A stretch of DNA of 62,522 nt, counting the filler, from an uncultured archaeon (lineage in GTDB: Archaea; Iainarchaeota; Iainarchaeia; Iainarchaeales; 1-14-0-10-31-34): NCBI GenBank assembly GCA_964442255.1. It is 3 parts of 3 records of this genome, joined end to end, with 100 filler letters (N's around TTAATTAATTAA, not from the genome) between each part and the next. Parts side by side here need not be neighbours in the genome. Positions count along the whole stretch, not along the records: positions 23,040 to 44,640 come from CAYTYC010000024.1; positions 44,741 to 62,522 come from CAYTYC010000025.1; 1 more part is not named here. One strand, given 5' to 3'. This document shows, piece by piece, positions 36,425 through 45,804 of this stretch; the first letter of the stretch is position 1; the number at the start of each line of letters is the position of its first letter. Position numbers and translations under genes: made by a program. Under the pieces are notes generated by a model. That model did not search any database and had not been told where the DNA came from. It saw nothing but the letters and a program-made list of their open reading frames with translations.

Positions 36425-37087
36425 ATGAGAATTGAAAAACTCTCCCTGAACGGCTCCGCCTTTATCGGCGTTTTCGGGGCTGTAACCGAAAAAATCGGGT
36501 TGTTTCCCCACAACCTGAGCCCAAAAGAGGAAAAAAAAATCCGGGACGTTCTGGAGCTGGAGGTAGTGAAGTGCTCTGTGGCCGGAACAAGGCTGATTGG
36601 GGCGATGGTTAAGGGAAACTCCCGGGGATTTATTGTGCCGGAATCGGCGGAAAAAACTGAAATCAGGGCATTGGAGGAAAAAGGGCTGAAAGTCAAGGCA
36701 GTGGAAGGACTGAACGCGTTGGGAAACCTGGTTGCATTGAATGACTTTGGCTGCATTGTAAGCCCCCTGCTTCCGGGAAAGAAAAAAAAGGAAATAGAGT
36801 CATTCTTCAGGCTGACAGCGGCACAGGAAAGCGTCGCAAAAAACGAGGTGGCCGGAGCAAGCGTGGTGGCAACAAACCGCGGCTTTCTCGTGAACCCGAA
36901 CGCGGACAGAGAAGAATTTAAATTGATTGAACAAACCTTTAAAGTGCCGGGGGCGGCGGCAACCGCAAACTACGGGGACGTGTTTGTGGCAAACGACGTG
37001 CTTGCAAACAGCAAGGGCGTGCTGATCGGCAGCCAGACTTCCGGGCACGAAATCATAAGGATTGATGAAGGGTTGAGGGGGGAATAA
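36425..37087 (+). CDS. eif6: Translation initiation factor 6 (aIF6)
   Basis: FIGVF, GNSRG, ALGNLVALNDFG, ATNRG, ANSKGVLIG..TSGHEI.RI. Confidence 0.95.
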   Translation: MRIEKLSLNGSAFIGVFGAVTEKIGLFPHNLSPKEEKKIRDVLELEVVKCSVAGTRLIGAMVKGNSRGFIVPESAEKTEIRALEEKGLKVKAVEGLNALGNLVALNDFGCIVSPLLPGKKKKEIESFFRLTAAQESVAKNEVAGASVVATNRGFLVNPNADREEFKLIEQTFKVPGAAATANYGDVFVANDVLANSKGVLIGSQTSGHEIIRIDEGLRGE

Positions 37088-37089
37088 AA

Positions 37090-37353
37090 ATGGATGAAAA
37101 AAAGAAAAATGGCGGAAAAAAGGCGGGCAAGGCAGGCCGGGAAAAGGAAATGAAAACATTTGAAGTTAAGGGAAAGTTTTTGGAAAAAGGTAAAGAAAAA
37201 AAGTTTTCAAAAACGGTTTCCGCCTTGAGCCACGGGCTGGCGGCGGAAAAAACGATGGCATTAATTGGTTCAACCAACAGGATAAAGAGGAGAAACATTT
37301 TCATTGAAGAAGCAAGGGAGGGGGAAAAAGAAAATGACGGAAAAAAAGAGTGA
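37090..37353 (+). CDS. rpl18a: 50S ribosomal protein LX / L18Ae (eL20)
   Basis: MKTFEVKGKF...KFSKTV.A.....AAEK....IGS..RIKRRNI.I; alternative start at 37150. Confidence 0.85.
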   Translation: MDEKKKNGGKKAGKAGREKEMKTFEVKGKFLEKGKEKKFSKTVSALSHGLAAEKTMALIGSTNRIKRRNIFIEEAREGEKENDGKKE

Positions 37354-37795
37354 CGCAAAGGCAGGGCAAAAAGAGATTAAATTGAGCGCACAACAGCTTT
37401 TGAACCTTTTCCAGAGGGAAAAGGCAAAAATCCGGGAAATAGAGAGGCAAATGAATTCACTGCAAAACATTTTGACGGAAATCCTTGCCGCAAGGGACGC
37501 GGTAAAGGAAATAAAGGGCGCTGAAAAAGGGCATCCGATTCTTTTGAGGCTTGGCGCGGGGATTCTTGCGGAAGCCACGGTTACGCAGAACAAGACAGTG
37601 AAAAAGTCTTTGGGCGGAAGCGTGGTGGTTGACTCGCCGGTTGAAAGCGTTCTCTCCGGTTTGGAGGAAGAGCACAAAAAAACACTGGAAAACGTTGAAA
37701 CACTGGGGGCGGAGCACAGGAAAGCGGCGGCAAACGCCAACAGCTTTGGGCAGATGCTGGACGCAATCGAAAAGGCAGGGCAGCAGAAAAAGTGA
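37334..37795 (+). CDS. pfdA: Prefoldin alpha subunit
   Basis: Coiled coil, ILLRLGAG...SLGGSVVV hairpins, coiled coil; conserved synteny. Confidence 0.88.
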   Translation: MTEKKSDAKAGQKEIKLSAQQLLNLFQREKAKIREIERQMNSLQNILTEILAARDAVKEIKGAEKGHPILLRLGAGILAEATVTQNKTVKKSLGGSVVVDSPVESVLSGLEEEHKKTLENVETLGAEHRKAAANANSFGQMLDAIEKAGQQKK

Positions 37796-37801
37796 AAGCA
37801 A

Positions 37802-39145
37802 ATGTTTGATTTGCTTAAAAAAAGGCTTTCCAGTTTTTCCGGCAAATTAGGCGGAAGGCTCGAGAAAAAGGCGGAAGAAAAATCCCCGCCAGAATGCCCT
37901 GAAAAAGAGGAAGGATTACCGGAAAAAGAGCGGCGCGCGGCAGAGGAAGCGCAAAAGGAAATAAAGGAAGAACTTAAAGCGGAAGGAAAAGGCGGAGAAA
38001 TCAGGGAAAAATTAAGAAAGGAAGCGGAAAAAGGCTTAAGCGAAGAGGCAAAGGCTGTTGAGGCGGTAAGGAAAGAGGTTGAAGAAGAGTTAAGGAAAGA
38101 AAAGGAAAAAGAAAAACGGGTTGCACAGGAAAAGGAAAGAAAAGAGCGGGAAAAAAAAGAAAAACATGAATTTGGGGAGCCGGAAAAAGCAGAAGAACCG
38201 GAAGAAATTGAAGGAAAAAAAGAGGCCGGAAAAGAACCGGAAAAAGAAAGAAAAGCAGAGGTAAGGCTTACCGCGAAATCCCGGCTCAAAAGGCTTGTTT
38301 CAGGTAAAGTGAAAATAGAGGAAAAAGACTTAACCGAATTCTTGGATGAAATGGGGCTGGCGCTGCTTGAAAGCGACGTGGAACAGGAAACCGCGCAGGA
38401 AATAATTTCAGGGATGCGGAAAGAGCTTGTGGGAAAAGAGTTTTCCCGGAGGGAAGACATTTCAGAGTCCCTGAAAAAGGACATACGGGAAGCGCTGGGA
38501 AAAGTGATGCAAACCCATTCCCTGAAACTATTGGAAGAAGTGAAGAAAAAAAAGCCGTTCATAATATTGTTTTTGGGCCCAAATGGGGCGGGAAAAACCA
38601 CTTCCATAGCAAAAATCGCTTTTCTTTTGCAGGAACACGGAAAAAAATGCATTATGGCTGCGGCTGACACTTTCAGGGCGGCAAGCATTGAACAGCTTGA
38701 AAAGCACGCGCAAAAACTGGGGGTAAGGCTTGTGAAGCACTCCTACGGGGCAGACCCTGCCGCGGTGGCGTTTGACGCGGTGAAGGCAGCGGAAGCAAAG
38801 GGACTGGATGTGGTGCTGATTGATTCCGCGGGAAGGCAGGAAACAAACAAGAATTTAATGAACGAACTGAAAAAGATTAACCGGGTTGTTAAGCCGGACT
38901 TAAAGGTTTTCGTGGGCGAGGCGATGGCGGGCAACACCCTGCTTGAGCAGGCAAAACAGTTTAATGAATGGGTCGGAGTTGACGGGTTTGTGTTGACAAA
39001 AATTGACACCGACGCGAAGGGCGGAACAAGCATTTCGCTATTGCATAATTTGAAGAAGCCGATTCTGTTTGTGGGAACCGGGCAAAAGTACGCTGACTTA
39101 CTGGAATTCAGGCCGGAATTCATACTCAACAGGGTTGTTGCGTAG
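37802..39145 (+). CDS. ftsY: SRP receptor FtsY
   Basis: Charged N-domain; GPNGAGKTT, DTFRAAS, DSAGR, TKID..KGG. Confidence 0.97.
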   Translation: MFDLLKKRLSSFSGKLGGRLEKKAEEKSPPECPEKEEGLPEKERRAAEEAQKEIKEELKAEGKGGEIREKLRKEAEKGLSEEAKAVEAVRKEVEEELRKEKEKEKRVAQEKERKEREKKEKHEFGEPEKAEEPEEIEGKKEAGKEPEKERKAEVRLTAKSRLKRLVSGKVKIEEKDLTEFLDEMGLALLESDVEQETAQEIISGMRKELVGKEFSRREDISESLKKDIREALGKVMQTHSLKLLEEVKKKKPFIILFLGPNGAGKTTSIAKIAFLLQEHGKKCIMAAADTFRAASIEQLEKHAQKLGVRLVKHSYGADPAAVAFDAVKAAEAKGLDVVLIDSAGRQETNKNLMNELKKINRVVKPDLKVFVGEAMAGNTLLEQAKQFNEWVGVDGFVLTKIDTDAKGGTSISLLHNLKKPILFVGTGQKYADLLEFRPEFILNRVVA

Positions 39146-39218
39146 TTTGTCCGGAAAACAGCCTCTCCGTGCCTTCGCCTGCAGCAACATTTAAATTAAT
39201 TGAACCCCTTTTTTCCTT

Positions 39219-39929
39219 ATGCCAAAACTGAGAAGCAGGGAACAGGAAATAGAGGACTTTGTGAGGATTTACCTGCGCGGAGGGCTAAGCAGGGAAAGGG
39301 TGAAAAAAAGGCTTCAAGGAGTCTATGAAAGGAAGGAAGACGCGGAACTCGGGCTGAAAATTTTTGACAGGATTGAAAAGGAAAAAAAAACTGAAACCGT
39401 TTCCAGGCGAAAGTCAAAGGGGTTTAATGTGCTGAAGGTTTTGGTTGCGGCCGCATTGATTGCGTCCTCGGCATACCTTTTCTATGAATACTTTCAGGCA
39501 ACCTCTTACTCCCTGAACACCTGCAGCAGCGAAAGGCTGAACTTGTGGATTTCCGGGCCAAGCGCTTTCAGGTCACAGATAATTGAAAACCTGGATTTAA
39601 TGGGGGCAAACGACTGCACAAGGTTTTTGATTGTGATGCGCGGGGCAAACCGGCTTGAGTTTTCGCAGGGGAAAACGGCAAAATTTGAGGAAGACTCAAA
39701 CACCCTTTTCATGGGCTCCGCGGAAAAAGAGGGCTGGTATTACGCGGCATTCATGGTGAGGGGAAGCTGCATGATGAAAGGCTTCCATAAACACGGCTAC
39801 AGCGAATCCCTGGACAAATTCTGCTGGGAGCAGGCAGCGGCGGCGGTTGAAGGGTTGTACGGAAAGGCGGAAGCGGCGCGGGCTTTAAGGAACAAAACTC
39901 TTTCCAGCGAATGGCGGGAATTCGGGTAA
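39219..39929 (+). CDS. Hypothetical protein with one TM helix
   Basis: 236-aa ORF: charged N-part, TM helix, Cys-containing C-domain. Confidence 0.7.
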   Translation: MPKLRSREQEIEDFVRIYLRGGLSRERVKKRLQGVYERKEDAELGLKIFDRIEKEKKTETVSRRKSKGFNVLKVLVAAALIASSAYLFYEYFQATSYSLNTCSSERLNLWISGPSAFRSQIIENLDLMGANDCTRFLIVMRGANRLEFSQGKTAKFEEDSNTLFMGSAEKEGWYYAAFMVRGSCMMKGFHKHGYSESLDKFCWEQAAAAVEGLYGKAEAARALRNKTLSSEWREFG

Positions 39930-39986
39930 AGGCCGCTCTTTGCTTTATTTAATTCTTTTGCTTTCAATTTATTTAAAGTGGCGTGA

Positions 39987-41339
39987 ATGGCGTTAGGGGA
40001 AAAATTAAGGGCTGCAATGGAAAAGCTGAAGGCAAGCGCTGTGCTCGATAAGGCGGCGCTGAAAGAGGTTGTTAAGGAAATTCAGCGCGCTTTGATAGGC
40101 TCCGATGTGGAGGTAAGCATGGTATTGGAGTTAAGCAAAAGAATAGAGGAAGAGGCATTGAAAGACCCCCCCAAAGGAATGACAAGAAAAGAGCACGCGA
40201 TAAAAAAAACCTATGATTTGTTAGTGGAAACGTTGGGCGGGGAAAAGCCGGGACTGGAAAAAGACCCGGAAAAAATTCTTTTGGTTGGAACCTTCGGGCA
40301 CGGAAAAACCACTACAGCCAACAAGCTGGCAAGGCATTACTCTAAAAGGGGAAAAAAGGTTGGATTGCTGTGCGCAGACACTTACAGGCCGGCAGCGTTT
40401 GAGCAGTTGAAGCAGCTGGCTGAAAAAAGCGGGGCAGAATTTTACGGGGACCAAAAAGAAAAAAAGGCCGCAAAAGTTGTGGAAAAAGGGCTTAAAGAAC
40501 TTAAAGACTGCAGTTTGGTGATCGTGGACAGCGCGGGAAGAAGCGCTTTGGACAGGGAATTGGTGGAAGAAATAAAGGAAGTGCATTCCGCATTAAAGCC
40601 TGACTTGAATTTCCTGGTTTTGGGCGCAGACATAGGGCAGATAGCAAAAAAGCAGGCAAAAGCATTTCATGAGGCGGCGGGGGTTAATGGGGTGATTTTA
40701 ACGAAAATGGACGGATCGGCGAAAGGGGGAGGCGCATTGGCTGCATGCGCCGCAACCAAGAGCCCTGTTTATTTCCTGGGCACCGGTGAAAAGCCCGAAG
40801 ACCTGGAGGAATTTGAGGCACAAAGGTTTTTGGGCAGGATACTGGGCTACGGCGATTTAAAGGGATTGCTGGAAAAGGCGAAAGAAATTGAATTGGAGGA
40901 AGAATTAAGCCCTGAACAGCTCTTTAAAGGGAAATTCAACCTTAAAACATTTTACGCGCAGCTCAAGGCCGCAAGGAAGCTTGGACCGCTGCACAAAGTT
41001 GCGGAAATGATGGGCTTAAGCATGCAGATTCCCAAGGACCAGTTGGAGGTGGGAGAAGAAAAACTGGACTCATTTAAAGTCATAATTGATTCAATGACTG
41101 AAGAAGAAAGAATTAATCCGGAAATAATGAACCGCTCTCGGATCCAACGGGCAAGCAGGGGAAGCGGAAAAAAGGAGGCTGACGTAAGGGAATTGCTGAA
41201 AAGATTCAAGCAAATGAAGGCAATGTTCAAGAAATTCAAGAAAATAGGGGACATGGAAAACATGGACCAAAAAAAGATTGCAAAGCTGATGAAAGGAATG
41301 AAGGGATTCGGGAAACAAAAAAAGCTGAAAATACGGTGA
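39987..41339 (+). CDS. srp54: Signal recognition particle protein SRP54
   Basis: GKTTT, DTYRPAA, DSAGR, TKMDG.AKGG, M-domain IIDSMT.EER..P. Confidence 0.97.
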   Translation: MALGEKLRAAMEKLKASAVLDKAALKEVVKEIQRALIGSDVEVSMVLELSKRIEEEALKDPPKGMTRKEHAIKKTYDLLVETLGGEKPGLEKDPEKILLVGTFGHGKTTTANKLARHYSKRGKKVGLLCADTYRPAAFEQLKQLAEKSGAEFYGDQKEKKAAKVVEKGLKELKDCSLVIVDSAGRSALDRELVEEIKEVHSALKPDLNFLVLGADIGQIAKKQAKAFHEAAGVNGVILTKMDGSAKGGGALAACAATKSPVYFLGTGEKPEDLEEFEAQRFLGRILGYGDLKGLLEKAKEIELEEELSPEQLFKGKFNLKTFYAQLKAARKLGPLHKVAEMMGLSMQIPKDQLEVGEEKLDSFKVIIDSMTEEERINPEIMNRSRIQRASRGSGKKEADVRELLKRFKQMKAMFKKFKKIGDMENMDQKKIAKLMKGMKGFGKQKKLKIR

Positions 41340-42184
41340 AACAATTGGAGCTTCTTTTTCTGAGATACGGAATTGTGCTGGCGGGAAGTTTGGCGGGAGC
41401 AGTGAGCGACTGGAAAACAGGGCTGATTTTTGACAAAATAACCTGTCCGATGATTGCTTTGGGTTTGGCTTTGAATGCGTGGGACTGGTTTCTTGGGGGA
41501 TTTGAATTAATGCTGGGCGCAAGGCTCTTTGGAATAGGCACGGTTTTGTTTTCGCTGGGCTACGTGTTCTATATTACCGGAAAGGTCGGGGGAGGAGACG
41601 TGAAAATGCTTTCAGGAATTGCCTTTCTTGTGCCTTTCGCTGGGGAAAGCGTTTTTGTTTTGAATGCCTTGTTTTTGGCCGCGGTCACTGCCACGGTTTT
41701 CTTTGGGGCGTTTTATTCGGTTAAGTACGCGAAAAAAGGAATTAAAGCGGCGGAAAACAGGGAAGGAATAAAAAAGGCGGGATTGTTTGCTTTGGTGTTC
41801 GCGGTTTACTTTTACGTTCTTTACTCAATCGGCTATCCTTCCCTTGAAAGCTTTTTGGTGCTTGCGGTTCCGGTTTGCTTTGCGCTGGTTTTTCTTGCGC
41901 TGGAAAAGGGGATCAGGAAAAACTTTTTCCTGAAATGGGTTTCCGCCGGCGAGTTGGAGGAAGACGAAATTGTTGCAATGGAGTTTGCGGATAAGCGGCT
42001 GAAGAAAGAATTGAGGCTTGGGTTTAAGGGCGTGATAGGGGAAAAAGAAAAAGAAAAATTGGGGAAGGCGGGGTTCAGGAAAATTCCGGTTTACAGGGAT
42101 TTGCCGAGGTTCGGGCCGTTCATTTTTCTGGGGGTACTGCTTGCGATTGCTTTCCCTGATTTTTTAGGCCTTCTGTTCCTCTAG
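41336..42184 (+). CDS. Prepilin/prearchaellin peptidase (A24)
   Basis: SDWKTGLI and VGGGDVK aspartates, multiple TMs, C-terminal PRFGPFI. Confidence 0.88.
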   Translation: MKQLELLFLRYGIVLAGSLAGAVSDWKTGLIFDKITCPMIALGLALNAWDWFLGGFELMLGARLFGIGTVLFSLGYVFYITGKVGGGDVKMLSGIAFLVPFAGESVFVLNALFLAAVTATVFFGAFYSVKYAKKGIKAAENREGIKKAGLFALVFAVYFYVLYSIGYPSLESFLVLAVPVCFALVFLALEKGIRKNFFLKWVSAGELEEDEIVAMEFADKRLKKELRLGFKGVIGEKEKEKLGKAGFRKIPVYRDLPRFGPFIFLGVLLAIAFPDFLGLLFL

Positions 42185-42496
42185 CTCAATGCTTATCCCG
42201 CCGACATGGCCTGCAATGACGTTGTAGAGCCATGCGGTGATTGCCCCGCCAATGAATCCCATTATTGCGTAGCCAACAGGAAACAATATTATGGCAAGAA
42301 CACCCAATCCGGCAAAGGCTCCAGGCATCAATGCGTTTCCCCCGGCAGCGCTTCCGCCCACAGGCATCACCGATAATGCCATAAACAGGCTTGCAAATAA
42401 CGCGAAAAATATTCCTACAATGAACCCAATGGCCGCGTAAAGGACTGCCATCATTTTTGCCAGGGACATTACGCCGATTTTTTTCAGCACAAACAT
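42164..42496 (-). CDS. DUF3566-like membrane protein
   Basis: LKKIGVMSLAK...AWLYNVIAGHVGGISIEL; GGAGGTGA SD before ATG 42496. Confidence 0.8.
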   Translation of the reverse strand: MFVLKKIGVMSLAKMMAVLYAAIGFIVGIFFALFASLFMALSVMPVGGSAAGGNALMPGAFAGLGVLAIILFPVGYAIMGFIGGAITAWLYNVIAGHVGGISIELEEQKA

Positions 42497-42557
42497 TTTT
42501 TTCACCTCCCAAAGGTTTTGAGAAAAAGTAGTGCAAGGCGAAATAAAAGGGTTTCCT

Positions 42558-43601
42558 TCACTTTTTCAGCGCAATTCCCTGCACGGTTATTTCCGCGGGA
42601 GAGTTTTTCTTTCCCAGTGCGACTATTTTTGCTTTCAGGAATTTTTCCGTTACCGCAATATTGTTTTGGGTGTGCTCCGAAAGGGAAGTCACTGAAATTG
42701 TTGAGGCGCCGTTCGCGGCCGCAAGAAAGGGGATTAACTGGTCTGCGAGAAAAGATTCCACCGGCTTTCCGGAATTGAATTCATTCAGGAAAATGTTTGC
42801 CGCTGTTCTTCCCGCCTTCAGCGGGTCAACACCTTTCCCCCCCAAAGCGCTTCCCGTAACCGGGGGCGAAGAATGGAAACGCGCCAAAACAAGGATTCCG
42901 CTTCCTTCTCCTTCACCGGAGGAAGAATGCTCAATCTTTTCGCGGATTTCACAGGAAAAATGCTTGGAAAGGATTTGCCTTGCGCTTGTTGCCTGGTTCA
43001 ATGCAACCTCTTTTGGAAGGTTTTTGCAGTGCGAAATTAATTCAATGACCCAGGGGGAACCGCGTTTTTTAAATTCAACAGGCCTTAAAGGAAGGCGGGG
43101 TTTCCTTGATTTGAATAATGCTGTGCCGCCTCCTTTCGGATAATGCCCCCGGTTCACCAAATCCAGTTCAAACCTGCAGCCCATTTTTTTGAGAACAGGA
43201 AACAAAACTTCTTTCACGTAATCAATTGGCGGGGACCATTTGACGTCAGTGCCCCCCTTAATGCGGAGGGAAACAGGGTTTTCCGCCAGGATGGAGGGAA
43301 GCATTATTGATTGGAGGAGGAGAGAAACTGAGCCCGCGGTGCCGATGTTCACTGAAAAGCTTGCCGGAGAAAATTTTTTGGGGCGAAAAACAATTTTCTT
43401 TGAGCCCTTAAAGTTTCCGTTCACTTCCGCGTTTGAAAGTTTTGCGGCGGTGTTCACCGCGGCCAGGTGCTGCGCTTGCAGCCCCGGGTTGGGGCGGTTT
43501 GCGCGGATATTGAAGATTGTGGCGGGCTGGGAAACAACCGCGCTTAATGCAAGGGAAGTGCGCAAAACCTGCCCCCCCGCGCGCCCGTCGATTTGAATCA
43601 T
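42558..43601 (-). CDS. rtcA: RNA 3'-terminal phosphate cyclase
   Basis: GGQVLRTSLALS, IRANRPNPGL..QH, GGTDV.WSP, RG.YP.GGG, LADQL, SEHTQNN. Confidence 0.95.
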   Translation of the reverse strand: MIQIDGRAGGQVLRTSLALSAVVSQPATIFNIRANRPNPGLQAQHLAAVNTAAKLSNAEVNGNFKGSKKIVFRPKKFSPASFSVNIGTAGSVSLLLQSIMLPSILAENPVSLRIKGGTDVKWSPPIDYVKEVLFPVLKKMGCRFELDLVNRGHYPKGGGTALFKSRKPRLPLRPVEFKKRGSPWVIELISHCKNLPKEVALNQATSARQILSKHFSCEIREKIEHSSSGEGEGSGILVLARFHSSPPVTGSALGGKGVDPLKAGRTAANIFLNEFNSGKPVESFLADQLIPFLAAANGASTISVTSLSEHTQNNIAVTEKFLKAKIVALGKKNSPAEITVQGIALKK

Positions 43602-43618
43602 ATATAAATTTTTTTGGG

Positions 43619-43640
43619 CAAAGCTTAATATTAAGCTTTG
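43619..43640. promoter_or_regulatory. Perfect 22-bp palindrome, probable bidirectional BRE/TATA promoter
   Basis: CAAAGCTTAATATTAAGCTTTG, centred about 30 nt from both divergent starts (43601 and 43664). Confidence 0.6.
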
Positions 43641-43663
43641 TTGAATTTTTATGTGGTAAAAAA

Positions 43664-44569
43664 ATGCAGGTATTGGTGACCGGTTCAAGCGGTTTTGTTG
43701 GGAAAGAGGTGTGCAGGGAACTTAAAAGGAAAGGCCACCTTGTAAAGGAATTTGACTTGGTTAAGGGAAACAATCTCCTGAGCTTAGAGGAATGCAAGGA
43801 GGTGATGAGGGGAACGGACTGGGTTGTGCACCTTGCTGCCCTGCTGGATGAAAGCGCGGGAAAGGAGAAGCTGAGGGAAGTGAACGTGAAGGGCACGGAA
43901 AATTTGCTGGAGGCCGCATCCAAGGAAAAAGTTAAAAAATTCGTTTTCTTGAGTTCCACTGGGGTAATGGGAAACATCAGGGGAAAAGCGAATGAAACCA
44001 CTCCAATAAGGCCTTCAACCGCTTACGAGAAAAGCAAGGCGGAGGCGGAAAAAATTGTTTTGGGCTTTCAGGAGCTTGTGCCCGTGGTTGTTTTGAGGGC
44101 AGCGCTTGTTTTGGGGGCAAACGAGTACTGGAGGGAAATAGTTTCATTCGTGAAAAAAGGGTTTCCTTTGATTGGAAACGGGGACAACCGGTTCCAGCTC
44201 TTGTACTGGAAGGATTTGGTGTCGGCAATCGTTTTTGTTTTGGGCAGAGAGGAAACGGAAAACGAGGTTTTCATTGTCGCGGAAGAGAAAGGAAAAAAAT
44301 TAAGGGACGTGTATAAGCTGATTCAGAAGGCACTGGGAATTGAAAAGGAAATAAAAAAGGTTCCTGTTTGGTTTGCAAAGTTGATGGCATGTTATTATCT
44401 TTTGAGGTTCAAATTGTTCAAAAGGAAAAGCATTCTTTTGCCCGCGCACGTGGACAGGCTGGTGAGGGAAAGAAACTATTCAATTGAAAAAATAAAAATG
44501 CTGGGATGGAGGCCTTTTTACAGCGCAAAAGAAGAAATTGACGGGGTAGTGAAGTCACTCGGGGCCTGA
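43664..44569 (+). CDS. NAD-dependent epimerase/dehydratase (extended SDR)
   Basis: VTGSSGFVG, HLAA, YEKSK. Confidence 0.92.
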   Translation: MQVLVTGSSGFVGKEVCRELKRKGHLVKEFDLVKGNNLLSLEECKEVMRGTDWVVHLAALLDESAGKEKLREVNVKGTENLLEAASKEKVKKFVFLSSTGVMGNIRGKANETTPIRPSTAYEKSKAEAEKIVLGFQELVPVVVLRAALVLGANEYWREIVSFVKKGFPLIGNGDNRFQLLYWKDLVSAIVFVLGREETENEVFIVAEEKGKKLRDVYKLIQKALGIEKEIKKVPVWFAKLMACYYLLRFKLFKRKSILLPAHVDRLVRERNYSIEKIKMLGWRPFYSAKEEIDGVVKSLGA

Positions 44570-44587
44570 TTTTCTTTTTCGGGTGAT

Positions 44588-44640
44588 ATGACATCCTTCC
44601 ACGGCTAAAGCCGTGGGTTTCCCTGAATTCGTTGAGGATG
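44588..44640 (-). mobile_element. Second copy of the IS200/IS605-end-like palindromic element, cut by a gap
   Basis: ATGACATCCTTCCACGGCTAAAGCCGTGGGTTTCCCTGAATTCGTTGAGGATG is the reverse complement of 228-280 with 2 differences. Confidence 0.55.
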
Positions 44641-44740
44641 NNNNNNNNNNNNNNNNNNNNNNNNNNNNNNNNNNNNNNNNNNNNTTAATTAATTAANNNN
44701 NNNNNNNNNNNNNNNNNNNNNNNNNNNNNNNNNNNNNNNN
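44641..44740. other. Assembly gap with artificial linker
   Basis: N run with TTAATTAATTAA at 44685-44696. Confidence 0.97.
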
Positions 44741-44852
44741 AGCAGTGAAGTGTTTTTCGCGATTCTCCGGGAAGTGCTCATTACAGCTATTGAATGGTGT
44801 TTTAAGTATTTAAAGAAAAGCCATTCTTCCGGTTTTGAACCAAAAACGTTTT

Positions 44853-45782
44853 TTAAGCCTTAAAGAATTCGGCGGTTTCCCTTAAGCCTTCCTTCAGCCC
44901 GACCCCGGATTTAAAGCCAAGCTCCTGCCCCGCATTGGTTGAATCACCCAAAGTGTCGCGGGGTTCCCCTTTCCGGGCTTCAAGGAATTCCGGGGAAACG
45001 CTTGTTCCAAGGACTGCCTGGATTTCCCCCAGCAGTTCAAGGAGGGAAACGTTTTTTCCGGCGGAAACATTGAAAACATGCGCCCCCCTTTTTTTGTAGG
45101 CCATTGAAAGCAGGTTTGCGTTCACCACGTTTTTAATGTAGGTGAAGTCCCTGGTCTGTTTTCCGTCGCCATAGATTTGCGGTTTTTGATTTCGGAGAAT
45201 TCTGCAAATGAACCTTGGGATTACGGTGGAATACTCTGACTCCGGGTCCTGGCGGGGGCCGAAAACATTGAAGTAACGGAGGCTGACGCTGCCGATTCCA
45301 TACAATTCGTCGTACATTTTAAAGTACTGTTCCCCGACAAGCTTGGTTAAGCCGTAAGGGGAAAGCGGGTGAAGGGAAGAGGATTCCTTTAACGGAAGCT
45401 CTTTTGACAGGCCGTAAACAGAGCTTGAGGAAGCGGAAACAATTTTTTTCACGTCATTTTTTCTTGCGGCCTCCAAAACATTCAGGGTTCCGAGAATGTT
45501 TACTTCATTGTATTCCTTGGGTTTTTCCAGAGACATCTGCACGCTTCGCAGGGCGGCGAGGTGAATAATGCTTTCCGCGCCCTTGCATTCCTTTTCCATC
45601 AGCGCGGAGTCACAAATGTCGCCTTCCACGAACCTGATTTTTTCCTTGCATTGCGAGAGGTGAGCTTTTTTTCCGAAGGAAAGGTCGTCCACCACGGTTA
45701 CTTGAAGCCCTTTTTCAACGAGCGCGTCAACCGTGTGCGAACCAATAAAGCCCGCCCCGCCTGTAACAACAACCCTGGCCAT
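44853..45782 (-). CDS. UDP-hexose 4-epimerase-like SDR (GalE/WbpP family)
   Basis: TGGAGFIGSH, SSSSVYG, YGLTK, LRYFNVFGPRQ, GDGKQTRDF. Confidence 0.92.
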   Translation of the reverse strand: MARVVVTGGAGFIGSHTVDALVEKGLQVTVVDDLSFGKKAHLSQCKEKIRFVEGDICDSALMEKECKGAESIIHLAALRSVQMSLEKPKEYNEVNILGTLNVLEAARKNDVKKIVSASSSSVYGLSKELPLKESSSLHPLSPYGLTKLVGEQYFKMYDELYGIGSVSLRYFNVFGPRQDPESEYSTVIPRFICRILRNQKPQIYGDGKQTRDFTYIKNVVNANLLSMAYKKRGAHVFNVSAGKNVSLLELLGEIQAVLGTSVSPEFLEARKGEPRDTLGDSTNAGQELGFKSGVGLKEGLRETAEFFKA

Positions 45783-45804
45783 AGGTAAAAATAGAAAGCA
45801 AAAA

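Noticed and set aside
37270..38688. 472-aa antisense ORF and other long F/S/L-rich shadow ORFs
   Set aside because: Mirror of K/E-rich, purine-biased coding strands of conserved genes such as pfdA and ftsY.
42660..42770. RtcA apparently lacking a catalytic His (ESFLADQL)
   Set aside because: The adenylated His corresponds to the downstream SEHTQNN motif, which is intact.
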